A DNA stretch of 38,669 bases from an uncultured virus (IMG/VR IMGVR_UViG_3300024999_000036) (IMGVR_UViG_3300024999_000036); one strand, 5' to 3'; shown: positions 18,519 through 28,283, numbered from the stretch's first letter. The notes: generated by a model not told the origin, from the sequence alone. Program-made: numbers and translations.

Positions 18519-19382
18519 TTAATAATTTGTAATCAAAACCTCTAAAGTCGTACTATCATCTTTTTCTTTCCTTTGATAATTTGCATTACCATATTTAACA
18601 TTTAATCTATGTATATTATATTTCTTAGACCATTCTTTTAATAAGTCATTACTTTTACCTTTACTTTCAAGCACATTTGATAGAGCAAACTTAACACTAT
18701 TATGATTTAATTTATCAAGTAGATTTAATAAGTCTATTTCATCTTTTTCTTTCCATCCATTTTTCTCATTGTAGGTTGCACAGGTAATTAAGTAAGGAGG
18801 GTCAAAATAGGCAAAATCATTCTTGGTTAATTCATCAATTTTAAATTCCCTAAAATCTAAATTTGCAAATTCAATATTTTTATTTTTTATACTCTCTACA
18901 AATTTAATTAAATTATCTTTCATAACAGAATTAAATGTTCTTTTGCCAAATGGCATGTTAAATTCTTTTTTATTGTTAAATCTAATTTGATTACTAAATG
19001 AATGTGCTACAAGAGTAAAGAAATACTTCCAATTTTTATCTCTTTCATTATAATGTTTTCTTAATTTTAAATAACCTTCTTGATTATCTTTTGATAATTC
19101 AAATTCTTCTATTACTGATTCTATTTGATTAATTATGTACTTTAGAGGGAATGTTTCACATACACAATAAAATACCATTACTTCAGTAAGAATATCATTA
19201 CATATAATTTTATTTGCTTTTACATTAATTACTACATTTGCTCCACCACAAAATAAATCAATAAATGTATCTATATTATCAGGGAATAGTGGTAGAATTT
19301 GAGGTAATAATTTATATTTACCTCCGACATAATTAAGTGGAGATTTTATTAAGTTTTCTTTGTTGAATTGGATAATATTCAC
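18519..19382 (-). CDS. Orphan DNA adenine methyltransferase (D12/Dam family)
   Basis: SPLNYVGGK, DLFCGG, RFN...FNMPFG, DPPY, EVLITNY. Confidence 0.92.
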   Translation of the reverse strand: MNIIQFNKENLIKSPLNYVGGKYKLLPQILPLFPDNIDTFIDLFCGGANVVINVKANKIICNDILTEVMVFYCVCETFPLKYIINQIESVIEEFELSKDNQEGYLKLRKHYNERDKNWKYFFTLVAHSFSNQIRFNNKKEFNMPFGKRTFNSVMKDNLIKFVESIKNKNIEFANLDFREFKIDELTKNDFAYFDPPYLITCATYNEKNGWKEKDEIDLLNLLDKLNHNSVKFALSNVLESKGKSNDLLKEWSKKYNIHRLNVKYGNANYQRKEKDDSTTLEVLITNY

Positions 19383-19424
19383 CTACTTTTATATTAGTAT
19401 TATATATCATAACAAAATTTCAAT

Positions 19425-19955
19425 TTAACATAATATATAATAAATACTATTATTTGTATAAATTATATAATTATCATCATTAATCTCTACATTAATCACT
19501 TTAGAAGTAGTAATATATCTATCATCATCATCATCCATAAACATAATTAAACTTTGTCCTATTTCTATATTTTCATTAAAACTAACACTTAATCCAAACC
19601 AATCAATATGTTTATTATTACCTTCAGAATCAGTTATTTTATTAATGATACCTTTCTTCATAACACATTTCCCTTTTATAATAACACCTTGTTCATCAAC
19701 ATAAATTCTATATAAAGGTGTACCATTAATACCATACCATTTGCCATTTAATTCTTTTCTCTCTTCTTCGGTTAGCAATCTACAATCTTCTTTTCTAAAC
19801 TCAACATTTATGAATCCAAAACCTTCTTCGAAATTGCCTATGTAATGTGTTTCTGTTTCTTCATGTACTCTGATATGTTCATCGTTCAATCTACCAATAT
19901 TACCTAATTTATGTATTGCTGGACTTCCACCTTTAAGTATCATTATTTTGTTCAT
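19425..19955 (-). CDS. Hypothetical protein
   Basis: ORF with RBS; bracketed by palindromic cores at 19412 and 19996. Confidence 0.7.
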   Translation of the reverse strand: MNKIMILKGGSPAIHKLGNIGRLNDEHIRVHEETETHYIGNFEEGFGFINVEFRKEDCRLLTEEERKELNGKWYGINGTPLYRIYVDEQGVIIKGKCVMKKGIINKITDSEGNNKHIDWFGLSVSFNENIEIGQSLIMFMDDDDDRYITTSKVINVEINDDNYIIYTNNSIYYILC

Positions 19956-19989
19956 CGTAAATTCTCCTTTTTATTTTGTATTTTTTAAT

Positions 19990-20053
19990 ATCGTGACGAA
20001 ATTCTGATTTGGGCTGAAATTGATGTCTATAAATCCTTATAAATCAAGGTTTT
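19990..20053. repeat. Composite palindromic site (degenerate core)
   Basis: ATCGTG-ACGAAA-ttctga-TTTGGG, 17 nt, AAATCCTTATAAATCAAGGTTTT. Confidence 0.6.
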
Positions 20054-20079
20054 CTGAATTGATAATTTTTGATATTTTC

Positions 20080-20370
20080 TTATATTAAACTTTTATAAGC
20101 TAATTTCTTAGTTTTATTCATACCTATTGAATTATAAATATCACAAGATAAGTGTAAATCATCATATTTAAGATTTTTAACATTTAATTGTTTAGTAGAT
20201 ATTGTATAACCACTAAAACATCCTAAAATTGAATTTCTAAATACTGACTTACATTTTTTAATTTCTTCGATATAATCATTTCAATTTTCAATTTCTACTA
20301 CTCTTGATTGATGATCTGCTATATTATCGTTATTGTCTAAAGAAAGATTGGTTTCTATTACTTTAATCAT
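20080..20370 (-). pseudogene. 96-codon ORF interrupted by an in-frame TGA
   Basis: MIKVIETNLSLD...HQSRVVEIEN*NDYIEEIKKC...; strong RBS; the frame continues 66 codons past TGA at 20281-20283. Confidence 0.65.
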
Positions 20371-20585
20371 ATTAAATATTTTCCTCCTTTTTTATCTTTA
20401 TTATTAATTGTAATTTTAGAAAATAAACAAAATACTCCAATGATAAACATATGAAATGCTATACTTATTTTACTTGGATGATAATAATTTAGTAGATACA
20501 ATATAGTGTAAAGTAAAAATATACTTCCACATATTTTAAAAAGAATATTTATATATTTTTCATATTTGGGCATATTATTCATCAC
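20367..20585 (-). CDS. Small membrane protein
   Basis: Two hydrophobic segments. Confidence 0.55.
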   Translation of the reverse strand: MMNNMPKYEKYINILFKICGSIFLLYTILYLLNYYHPSKISIAFHMFIIGVFCLFSKITINNKDKKGGKYLI

Positions 20586-20631
20586 CTTTTAATAATTTTT
20601 ATTTTAATAAAATTAATCTTTATTCAATATA

Positions 20632-20877
20632 TTACAAATCAATATTTTCAATTTCTGCACGTTCTTCAAGAAATGAAGCATATAAATTCATACTCTTAAA
20701 TTGAGCATTTAGCAAATCATAACTACATGATGGTGTAAAATTGAGTGTACCAGTTTTATATTTTTTAAGCATAGTACATAATCCGTCCATTCTGATTTTT
20801 AATTGTAAATACTCTGCTTTAAATCTTTCTTTGTAGTCTGTACTATTCATCATTTCTACTGTTTCATTTAATTTCAT
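20632..20877 (-). CDS. crAss001_48-related phage protein
   Basis: MNSTDYKERFKAEY.QLKIR...FTPSC...LL..Q...M..Y...LEERA pattern. Confidence 0.7.
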   Translation of the reverse strand: MKLNETVEMMNSTDYKERFKAEYLQLKIRMDGLCTMLKKYKTGTLNFTPSCSYDLLNAQFKSMNLYASFLEERAEIENIDL

Positions 20878-20919
20878 TTTCTTCTCCTTTTCTGCACTTT
20901 ATGTGCTTTAAAATTATTT

Positions 20920-21666
20920 TTATTTTAATTCTCTCAATAATATTTTCAATGCTAATTCATTTTCCAATTCATATATCTCAAAATCTTCCTTATTCATAAT
21001 TTCTATTTCACTTTCACTATCTCTAGTTTCAAACATTTCACATTCATAACATTGATGATGTGGTTTATGTCCTTCGGAAGTCCCATCTATATTACCAAAT
21101 GCACCAAATGGGCATCTTGATTCTTTATGATTATTATCATCTTTATTATTTTCATCGTCTTCATATACAACTATTCTAACTTTATCACATACATGAAATC
21201 TCTCATAATATACTTTTCTTTCTTCAAATGAAAAATAACCATATTCATTACATTTTTCATGTGAAAGCTTACCTAACGCATAATCTATCCAATCTTGACC
21301 ACGCATTAAATCACAATTTATTCCTTTACCAAATCTAACATAAAATAATTCTTGACCTGATAATGGCATTTGATTAATAAAGTCTAATATTTCTTGCTCA
21401 TATTTGTAATTTAATTGCATCATATTATGTTCTGTATATGATTTAATGATTTCTAAATTCCACCAAATAGGATTTGTGAGATTGTAGCATGATGAGCAGA
21501 GATGTAGACAAGATGAGAAATTTTCAAATTTACTACCATGATTGAGTGCTGGAATGTGTATTGTATGTAATTGTTGGTGATTTTGCAGACAATTAAAACA
21601 TGTAGATTCTGGATTTTGAATAGCAATATGAGGATTAATGGTATTTGTTTCGATTAATTGTGACAT
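20920..21666 (-). CDS. Hypothetical Cys-containing protein
   Basis: 248-aa ORF with AGGAGG RBS. Confidence 0.7.
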   Translation of the reverse strand: MSQLIETNTINPHIAIQNPESTCFNCLQNHQQLHTIHIPALNHGSKFENFSSCLHLCSSCYNLTNPIWWNLEIIKSYTEHNMMQLNYKYEQEILDFINQMPLSGQELFYVRFGKGINCDLMRGQDWIDYALGKLSHEKCNEYGYFSFEERKVYYERFHVCDKVRIVVYEDDENNKDDNNHKESRCPFGAFGNIDGTSEGHKPHHQCYECEMFETRDSESEIEIMNKEDFEIYELENELALKILLRELK

Positions 21667-21698
21667 ATATAATTCCTCCTTTATTTATTTTACTATTA

Positions 21699-22373
21699 TT
21701 ATTTTACTATTGTCAAATTGCCATATTCTTTTTGTGTTCCTTTATTATCTAATTTATCTAATTCATTTTGTAATTCTTTAATCTTATCTCTTAAATATTG
21801 TTTTTCTTGCTCTATTTTATATTTTTCAACTTCTTTATTTTTATTTTGTTCATTTAAATTAAATTTATCTTGATATTCCCAATAATCTCTTTCTAAACCA
21901 TCCCATGTGCAATAATTTAAATCAGTAATTTTTTCTATTCTAAAAGCAGGGGAATTCCAATCACAACCATTTCCACAACATTGATGTTTTTCATTATATC
22001 CTTCATCTTCAGGAGTACATTCACAATATCCCCAATGTCTTTCATCATATAGGAATTCTATATAATAACAATAATTATAATACGCATCTGCCCAATGTTC
22101 TGATTCTTTTTCTTCGTCTGATTTTTCAATTAATATTTTAATTTTACCATTTGTATAACCTCCAGAATAATCTTCGTCATAACCGTTAATGTGATATGTA
22201 TGCTTAGTAATATCGTCTATAAATTCTTTGCAGTTTTCTATTTGTTGGTCAATTACTGATACTATATAGCATACATCTAAAAGTTTTTTATTATTGTTAA
22301 TTCTGTTCTCATTCTCATCGTTTAATGTATTAATTAGATTTTGTATAAATTGATCTTTAATAGAAATTGTCAT
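21699..22373 (-). CDS. Hypothetical protein
   Basis: ORF with RBS; resembles 33742..34293. Confidence 0.7.
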   Translation of the reverse strand: MTISIKDQFIQNLINTLNDENENRINNNKKLLDVCYIVSVIDQQIENCKEFIDDITKHTYHINGYDEDYSGGYTNGKIKILIEKSDEEKESEHWADAYYNYCYYIEFLYDERHWGYCECTPEDEGYNEKHQCCGNGCDWNSPAFRIEKITDLNYCTWDGLERDYWEYQDKFNLNEQNKNKEVEKYKIEQEKQYLRDKIKELQNELDKLDNKGTQKEYGNLTIVK

Positions 22374-22425
22374 AGTCTAATCTCTCCTTTGATATATTAT
22401 TATTTATTTTATTATTCTTTTAAAG

Positions 22426-22680
22426 TTAGTCTTGATTATTTTTAATTAAACTTTCCAACCCATCTAAATAATCATACTCTTTGACTAATGTTGCTATTTT
22501 ACAAGTTAATTCTTCTTTTTTATTTGGTATTTCCGATAGACCATAACAATTATCTAGTAGTACGTACTTACTAATTAGTTGACATGTTTCGAAGTAATTG
22601 TCTGATTCGTGGTAGAATTTACACTCCCATCTTATACATTTTAATTTATTTGTTTTTTCTTTAGATTCTTTTTCTTCCAT
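22426..22680 (-). CDS. Hypothetical protein
   Basis: ORF with RBS and promoter. Confidence 0.6.
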   Translation of the reverse strand: MEEKESKEKTNKLKCIRWECKFYHESDNYFETCQLISKYVLLDNCYGLSEIPNKKEELTCKIATLVKEYDYLDGLESLIKNNQD

Positions 22681-22706
22681 TAAAGTTTGTCCTTTCTAGT
22701 GTTTAT

Positions 22707-22735
22707 ATTTTACATTTATTTTTATATTTTGTCAA
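22707..22735 (-). promoter_or_regulatory. SigA promoter
   Basis: TTGACA-17 bp-TAAAAT. Confidence 0.7.
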
Positions 22736-22780
22736 GATATTATTTCCATTATTTCTTTATATATTTTGGTTTATTGTAAG

Positions 22781-22815
22781 ATTAGCAGAGGTTTTTAGTT
22801 TCCCCCTCTGCTAAT
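22781..22815 (-). terminator. Hairpin after dut, probable terminator
   Basis: ATTAGCAGAGG...CCTCTGCTAAT 11-bp stem; weak U tract. Confidence 0.55.
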
Positions 22816-22827
22816 ATACTTAACTAA

Positions 22828-23292
22828 TTATTGTCCACTACTGCCTATACCTCCAACCCGTTCTTCATCAGTATTACCATTGTCAGAAATTAAAAACGGA
22901 ATAAATATCCCTTGTGCAATACGTTCAAATTGTTCAATATGTACTGGTTTATCAGTCATATTATATAAACAAATTCCTATATTTCCGTCATTATCTCTGT
23001 TAGAAAAATAATCCATATCTATTACCCCTATTGTGTTTGCAAGCATTAATCCTTTTTTAATTCCTATTGAACTTCTTACATCAAGTATAAGAACTTCACC
23101 ATCTTGCATGTATGCTTTTATATCAGACCAAATTACCTCTTTTGATTTTGGTTGAATAGTTATAGATACTGGTGAATTAAAATCATAACCTGCTGAAGTT
23201 TTAGTTGCTCTAATAGGTAGTTTAATTTCTATGTTTTTGTGTTTTCTAAATGAATCGGATACTTTTTGGAATCCTCTAGTTTTTGTTTTCAT
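22828..23292 (-). CDS. dut: Trimeric dUTPase
   Basis: SAGYDF, RSS, GVIDMDY, ERIAQ, RVGGIGSSG motifs. Confidence 0.95.
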   Translation of the reverse strand: MKTKTRGFQKVSDSFRKHKNIEIKLPIRATKTSAGYDFNSPVSITIQPKSKEVIWSDIKAYMQDGEVLILDVRSSIGIKKGLMLANTIGVIDMDYFSNRDNDGNIGICLYNMTDKPVHIEQFERIAQGIFIPFLISDNGNTDEERVGGIGSSGQ

Positions 23293-23298
23293 GTTAAT

Positions 23299-23760
23299 TT
23301 AATCTCCTTTTGTTTTTATTATTTTTTGATTACTTGAAGCAAGTTTAACACCATATTGTATATTATTACATTTATATTTTACATTATATTTGCCAAATTT
23401 TATATAGATATTTGGTATTTTATAAATTTCTTGAAAATTGTTTATAAATATTTCTTCACTCAATCCTGTATAAAGCATAATTTCAAGTTTATTTTTCTTT
23501 CCTAATTTTATCAATTGTTTAAGTTCGTTTAATTGTAATGTCCATTCTAATCCACCAAAAATAATTCCTTTATTAAATGGATTAGATAATATTTCATTTA
23601 TTATTTCATAATCTTCAATATTAATTGTAGTTTCTGATTTTAGATATTGATTAAAACAATCTTTACAATTAATATTACAATTATTTGCACAAACTAATGC
23701 TCCAATAAAAGGAGCATCTTCTGTACGTTCATGATAAATACCTTTTATAGATATTTTCAT
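23299..23760 (-). CDS. nrdG: Anaerobic RNR activating protein
   Basis: CNINCKDCFN, GGLE, LASSNQ; coupled to nrdD. Confidence 0.88.
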   Translation of the reverse strand: MKISIKGIYHERTEDAPFIGALVCANNCNINCKDCFNQYLKSETTINIEDYEIINEILSNPFNKGIIFGGLEWTLQLNELKQLIKLGKKNKLEIMLYTGLSEEIFINNFQEIYKIPNIYIKFGKYNVKYKCNNIQYGVKLASSNQKIIKTKGD

Positions 23761-25514
23761 AATTGTTTCCTATCTTTAAATTCAGATTTTTTACCTGGAT
23801 TAAAATATTCTACCTTTCTTAAATAACCAGTTATCCTTTGATATTTCTCAACAGGTTTATTACATTTAGGACAATTATCAACTTTTTCTTCGATATAACC
23901 ATGATCTACACAATATCTATTTAAAGGTGAAATACTAATATATGGAGTTTTATAATTTTTGCATACAGTCTTAATAATATCTTTTGCTTGTTCTCCACTA
24001 ATAGCACCATTCATAAATAGATGAATTACTGTACCTCCTGTAAAAAGTTTTTGCAAATCATTTTGATGTTCAAATACTTGATGTATACTTTCAATTTTAT
24101 TTACAGGTATATGACAAGAATTTGTATAATATGGTGCATCTTTTGTACCTCTAGTAATAATATCATCAAATTCTTCTTTATCTTTTTTTGCTAATCTAAA
24201 GCAGGTAGACTCTGCTGGTGACGCTTCAAAATTATAAAGATTACCTGTTTCTTCTTGATATTTAATTAGTTTATTACGAATAAAATTCCCCACTTCAATT
24301 GCAAAATCCTTACCTTCTTTAGTTAAAATATCAATACCTTCACCAAAGAAATTTTCACACATTTCATTCATACCAACTACACCTATTGTACTAAAATGAT
24401 TTTTTAACGTATTAACATAAGTACAAAAAGCTGGTACTGCATTTTTTTCAATTATGTTTTCTTGTAACCATTTTCTTTTTATTTCTAAACTATCTTTAGC
24501 AATATTTAATGTTTTTTCTAAATCATTAAAGAAACGATTTTTATTTTCACTATTTAAATAAGCAATTCTAGGTAAATTAATAGATACTACTCCTATTGAT
24601 CCTGTAGAATCTCCTGCTCCAAATAAACCACCATTTTTACGTGCCAATTCAGTCAGGTCAATACTAAGGCGACAACACATACTTCTAATGTCACTGGGTT
24701 TCATATCACTATTTAAAAAGTTTGCAAAATATGGATAACCATATTTACCTGCTGTTTCCCATAATAAATCATTATTTGGGTTATCCCAATCAAAACGAGA
24801 ATGGATATTATATGTAGGTATTGGATAAGCAAATGGTTTACCTTTAGCATCACCCTTTAACATTAATTCATAAAATGCTTTATTAATCATATCCATCTCT
24901 ATTTGACAATCTTTATATGTAAAATCTAATAAATCACTACCTATAACTACATTATCATAAAGTAAATCTTCTGGAGGTGTAATATCAAATGTTATATTTG
25001 AAAATGCTGGTTCTGCTCCACCTCTTGAATTAGAATTAATACTAAATATAAAATTTTGCATACTTTGTTTAACTTCTTTATATGTAAGATTATCGTTTTT
25101 AATAAATGGTGCTAATAAAGTGTCAAAAGAATTAAATGCTACTGCACCCATAATTTCATTTTGAAATACAGTAACAAGATTTGCCAATTGATTTAATATT
25201 GCATCAAAATGTTTTGCTGGAGCAGATGTTGGTATATTAGGTACTCCTTGCACCCCCATCATTAATATATCTTTAAGTGAATATCCGCAACAATATAAAG
25301 TCATACCACCTAAATCATGAATATGTATTTTACCACTAACATATGTATTTGCAATTTTTTTAGGGTAAACACTTCTTAACCAATAATCTTTTGAAATTTC
25401 AGAAATAATATGTTTATTCAAACCTCCAAAACTGTAAGGAGAATTAGAATTTTCACTTACTCTCCAATCGGTTTTATTAATATATTCTTCTACTATTCTT
25501 TTACTATCCATCAT
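23757..25514 (-). CDS. nrdD: Class III ribonucleoside-triphosphate reductase (no ATP cone)
   Basis: HIHDL, YCCG, SMCCRL, SPAES, YYTNS, Zn site, RITGYL glycyl-radical loop. Confidence 0.96.
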   Translation of the reverse strand: MMDSKRIVEEYINKTDWRVSENSNSPYSFGGLNKHIISEISKDYWLRSVYPKKIANTYVSGKIHIHDLGGMTLYCCGYSLKDILMMGVQGVPNIPTSAPAKHFDAILNQLANLVTVFQNEIMGAVAFNSFDTLLAPFIKNDNLTYKEVKQSMQNFIFSINSNSRGGAEPAFSNITFDITPPEDLLYDNVVIGSDLLDFTYKDCQIEMDMINKAFYELMLKGDAKGKPFAYPIPTYNIHSRFDWDNPNNDLLWETAGKYGYPYFANFLNSDMKPSDIRSMCCRLSIDLTELARKNGGLFGAGDSTGSIGVVSINLPRIAYLNSENKNRFFNDLEKTLNIAKDSLEIKRKWLQENIIEKNAVPAFCTYVNTLKNHFSTIGVVGMNEMCENFFGEGIDILTKEGKDFAIEVGNFIRNKLIKYQEETGNLYNFEASPAESTCFRLAKKDKEEFDDIITRGTKDAPYYTNSCHIPVNKIESIHQVFEHQNDLQKLFTGGTVIHLFMNGAISGEQAKDIIKTVCKNYKTPYISISPLNRYCVDHGYIEEKVDNCPKCNKPVEKYQRITGYLRKVEYFNPGKKSEFKDRKQL

Positions 25515-25517
25515 ATA

Positions 25518-25724
25518 TTATATCTCCTTTACCCATTTAATTGCTTCATTGAAATTCATTATTTCTCCATCTACCTCCAAAACAGGAACACTCATAAAAT
25601 TCTTCTCCATCATAATATCCATGTCATTGCATTCTTCATAAACCACTTTCTTTTCATCTAATTTCATTTTTAATATTTTACACTTGGGACAGTGATTAGA
25701 ATAAAGTATTATTTTGATAATCAA
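25518..25724 (-). CDS. Glutaredoxin/NrdH-like protein
   Basis: CPKC, SVPVLEVDG. Confidence 0.85.
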   Translation of the reverse strand: MIIKIILYSNHCPKCKILKMKLDEKKVVYEECNDMDIMMEKNFMSVPVLEVDGEIMNFNEAIKWVKEI

Positions 25725-25771
25725 TTCCTCCTTATATTATATTTATTTTATTATTCCATTTATCCTATTAC

Positions 25772-25957
25772 CTAAACAACTTTACTCAACCTCTTTACCT
25801 CTAAAAAATACTCAAATCCATTTTCTTTATTACAAATACTTTCTATCCCACAAATATAACTCTGATATTTACTTGGTTCTGCTAAAAATCTAAGACAATC
25901 TAATGATTTTTCACATTTATCATTGTCACACATCGAAATATCTGGTATAATAATCAC
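25772..25957 (-). CDS. Small Cys-rich phage protein
   Basis: PDISMC...C...C.RF...QSY. Confidence 0.65.
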   Translation of the reverse strand: MIIIPDISMCDNDKCEKSLDCLRFLAEPSKYQSYICGIESICNKENGFEYFLEVKRLSKVV

Positions 25958-25976
25958 CTCCTTTAAAACTAATGTT

Positions 25977-26005
25977 ATTTTAGCATTTTGTTAGTTAATT
26001 GTCAA
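25977..26005 (-). promoter_or_regulatory. SigA promoter for the RNR/dut cluster
   Basis: TTGACA-17 bp-TAAAAT with TGn extension. Confidence 0.75.
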
Positions 26006-26029
26006 ATAATATTTTCTATTCTTATAATA

Positions 26030-26458
26030 TTATTCTTCTTTTGGTCTACAACAATCTGCTTCTGGATTAAAATATTCACAGCACCATTCACCATCAAAAT
26101 GCCAATAATTATCATCACCTAAATAAAAAACATCCCATTCTCCAATAAAACATCTATTATTTTTCATTAATTCACATGCCCAATCTTTAGTATTTACAAT
26201 TAATTCTTCTTTGTATATACATTTTTCTTCTTTAAATATATTTTCATTTCCTTCAAAATAATTTCTAAAATTATCAACAGGGCAATTACTATAATTTAAA
26301 TCTATTTCATCATGCCAATCTATTTTTACTTCTTGTGCATTAAAATGATTAATACTACAATCTATAGAATTATCTATATCCTGTATTATTTCTTCTAAAT
26401 TTTTATAATTATCATTGTAATCTATGATATATAATTCTAATTTGTGTAATTTTGCCAT
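26030..26458 (-). CDS. Hypothetical protein
   Basis: ORF with RBS. Confidence 0.65.
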   Translation of the reverse strand: MAKLHKLELYIIDYNDNYKNLEEIIQDIDNSIDCSINHFNAQEVKIDWHDEIDLNYSNCPVDNFRNYFEGNENIFKEEKCIYKEELIVNTKDWACELMKNNRCFIGEWDVFYLGDDNYWHFDGEWCCEYFNPEADCCRPKEE

Positions 26459-26473
26459 AGTTAATCTCCTTTC

Positions 26474-26878
26474 TTATTTTCTTTTGTTCAATTCAAACCT
26501 TAATATACTTAACTTTTCCTTAAATACATCTCTATTAGTTTCTGCATACTCACCATCATCATAGCATTCCCAATTTAACCAATCTTCAAAATTATTTTCA
26601 ATATCATCTATTAATTCTTTTGCTAATTCTTCTATGTTTTTATCAATTGTAATAGTTGCATTTATTTTATCCATTATAATATAACTGCTATTCCATGAAG
26701 AAACTAAATGATAATCATAACCTTCTGCATCAAAATAAATAGCAATAGGAACATTATTTTTTAAACCATAAATAAAAGAATCTAAACAGTCATTAGGAAC
26801 ATCAGTTAAATAACTTGCTCTTTCTGAAAAATCATCTATTAATACATTTGTCCATCCTGAGTTTGGTTTTGTTAGCAT
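26474..26878 (-). CDS. Hypothetical protein
   Basis: ORF with RBS (ASYLTDVP...FDAEG). Confidence 0.7.
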   Translation of the reverse strand: MLTKPNSGWTNVLIDDFSERASYLTDVPNDCLDSFIYGLKNNVPIAIYFDAEGYDYHLVSSWNSSYIIMDKINATITIDKNIEELAKELIDDIENNFEDWLNWECYDDGEYAETNRDVFKEKLSILRFELNKRK

Positions 26879-27066
26879 ATTTATTTTATCCTTTCTGTAT
26901 TACACAAGTATTAATTGCTAATTCTGCTATATTTCTTAATTCTTGCTCTGTTTGAATATCAGTTGTTTCATCTGCTAACTCCAATAATTTATTAGTTAAA
27001 GCAGTAAGAAATTCATTATCTGCGTACATATTATTTATTCTCCTTTTGATTTATTTTATTTATATT

Positions 27067-27267
27067 TTATAAATCTATTTCCCATACAAAATTAATCTTA
27101 TACCCATCACTTTCTTCTTTACATTCTGGACAGATGTATAAACATTCATCTTTTTCTTCTGTTTGAATCAACCCAATATTATCTTCACCATATTTTTCTA
27201 TTGTAGATTCATTCCATAATTTCTCACTAGAAATAATATTACAAACAGGACAAGAATAATATTTCAT
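27067..27267 (-). CDS. Zn-ribbon microprotein
   Basis: CPVC...CPEC. Confidence 0.65.
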   Translation of the reverse strand: MKYYSCPVCNIISSEKLWNESTIEKYGEDNIGLIQTEEKDECLYICPECKEESDGYKINFVWEIDL

Positions 27268-27301
27268 AATTATATTCTCCTTTTTTATTTATTATTTAAT
27301 T

Positions 27302-27457
27302 TTATTTTATTTCTCCACTCTTTACATTTATACCAATGTTACTATTATATTTTGATAATTCACCTATATAACAATCGAAGCATGGTGAAGAACAAAAAAC
27401 TATTCCAGCATAAGGACATTTAAAATTTGGATAGTACGGACATTTTTCTGGCATCAT
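27302..27457 (-). CDS. 51-aa Cys-rich microprotein
   Basis: MMPEKCPYYPNFKCPYAGIVFCSSPCFDC...; AAGGAG RBS. Confidence 0.55.
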   Translation of the reverse strand: MMPEKCPYYPNFKCPYAGIVFCSSPCFDCYIGELSKYNSNIGINVKSGEIK

Positions 27458-27459
27458 GA

Positions 27460-27647
27460 TTATACTCCTTCTTTTTCATATCTGCATTTAGGACAATAAT
27501 AATCCATTTTCTCATATTCAAAATAATTACCACAATGATTACACTCTGTTCCAAATAGAACAACATGTTTATCTCCATCATATGTATATTAAATCCAAAT
27601 TTGTAGGATTCTATTGCTGATTCTATGGTTGTATTTTCATTATTCAT
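27460..27647 (-). pseudogene. Frameshifted Zn-ribbon gene
   Basis: After KFGFN another frame reads TYDGDKHVVLFGTECNHCG...YYCPKCRYEKEGV*; shift near 27581-27590. Confidence 0.55.
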
Positions 27648-27674
27648 AATTCTACATCCTTCCTATATTTTATA

Positions 27675-28283
27675 TTATAATCCTTTAATTAGTATCTCAT
27701 TCTTTTTAAACAGATCATTAATCGTATTCCTATACGCAATTTTTCTTAAAATATTAAATGTATCTATTCTATAAATATCATCTCTTTTACATATTTCTTT
27801 TCTTCTACTAGAACATTGTTTAGTTGTAGTGATGCCTTTAAATTCAAATTTATTTACTCTATTTTTAATTGTATATTTTTCAAGATCGCATTCAATAAGA
27901 CCAATTTTGGGTGGAAGTTTATCTACAGGTATAACCCCTATCGGTGCAATCAAATAAGTATATTCTGCTTGACAGCAAAATCCATTTAAGAAATCTTGGT
28001 AACTTGCCTTTGCTTCTATGCCCATAACTTTGTAGTTATCTACGTTATTCTCTCTAAGATTTAGTAGATTACCTTTGATTCCTATTACATCAATAATATT
28101 TTTAGTTATTGCTTTAGAATTAAACCAATCATAGTCTCTAAGATAATAAGATTGTTTAGGGAATTGTACTTCAGTTGCTATGCAGTTATAACCTTTTGAA
28201 AATAGTATGTATTTTGCTATCTGTTTTAATTCATAGTGTTCTTTTGATTCGTTTTTATTATAATTTTCATTAAGTAGGATTAT
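27675..28283 (-). CDS. PD-(D/E)XK nuclease (MmcB-like), ATA/ATC start
   Basis: Track ORF extends 86 codons upstream: EH..LKQIA...IATEV...IIDVIG...GIEAKAS..DF; RBS AAGGTGGTGA; in-frame TGA upstream. Confidence 0.7.
   Translation of the reverse strand: MILLNENYNKNESKEHYELKQIAKYILFSKGYNCIATEVQFPKQSYYLRDYDWFNSKAITKNIIDVIGIKGNLLNLRENNVDNYKVMGIEAKASYQDFLNGFCCQAEYTYLIAPIGVIPVDKLPPKIGLIECDLEKYTIKNRVNKFEFKGITTTKQCSSRRKEICKRDDIYRIDTFNILRKIAYRNTINDLFKKNEILIKGL

Noticed and set aside
4671..25514. Intron or intein in thyA or nrdD
   Set aside because: Both are continuous ORFs of normal length
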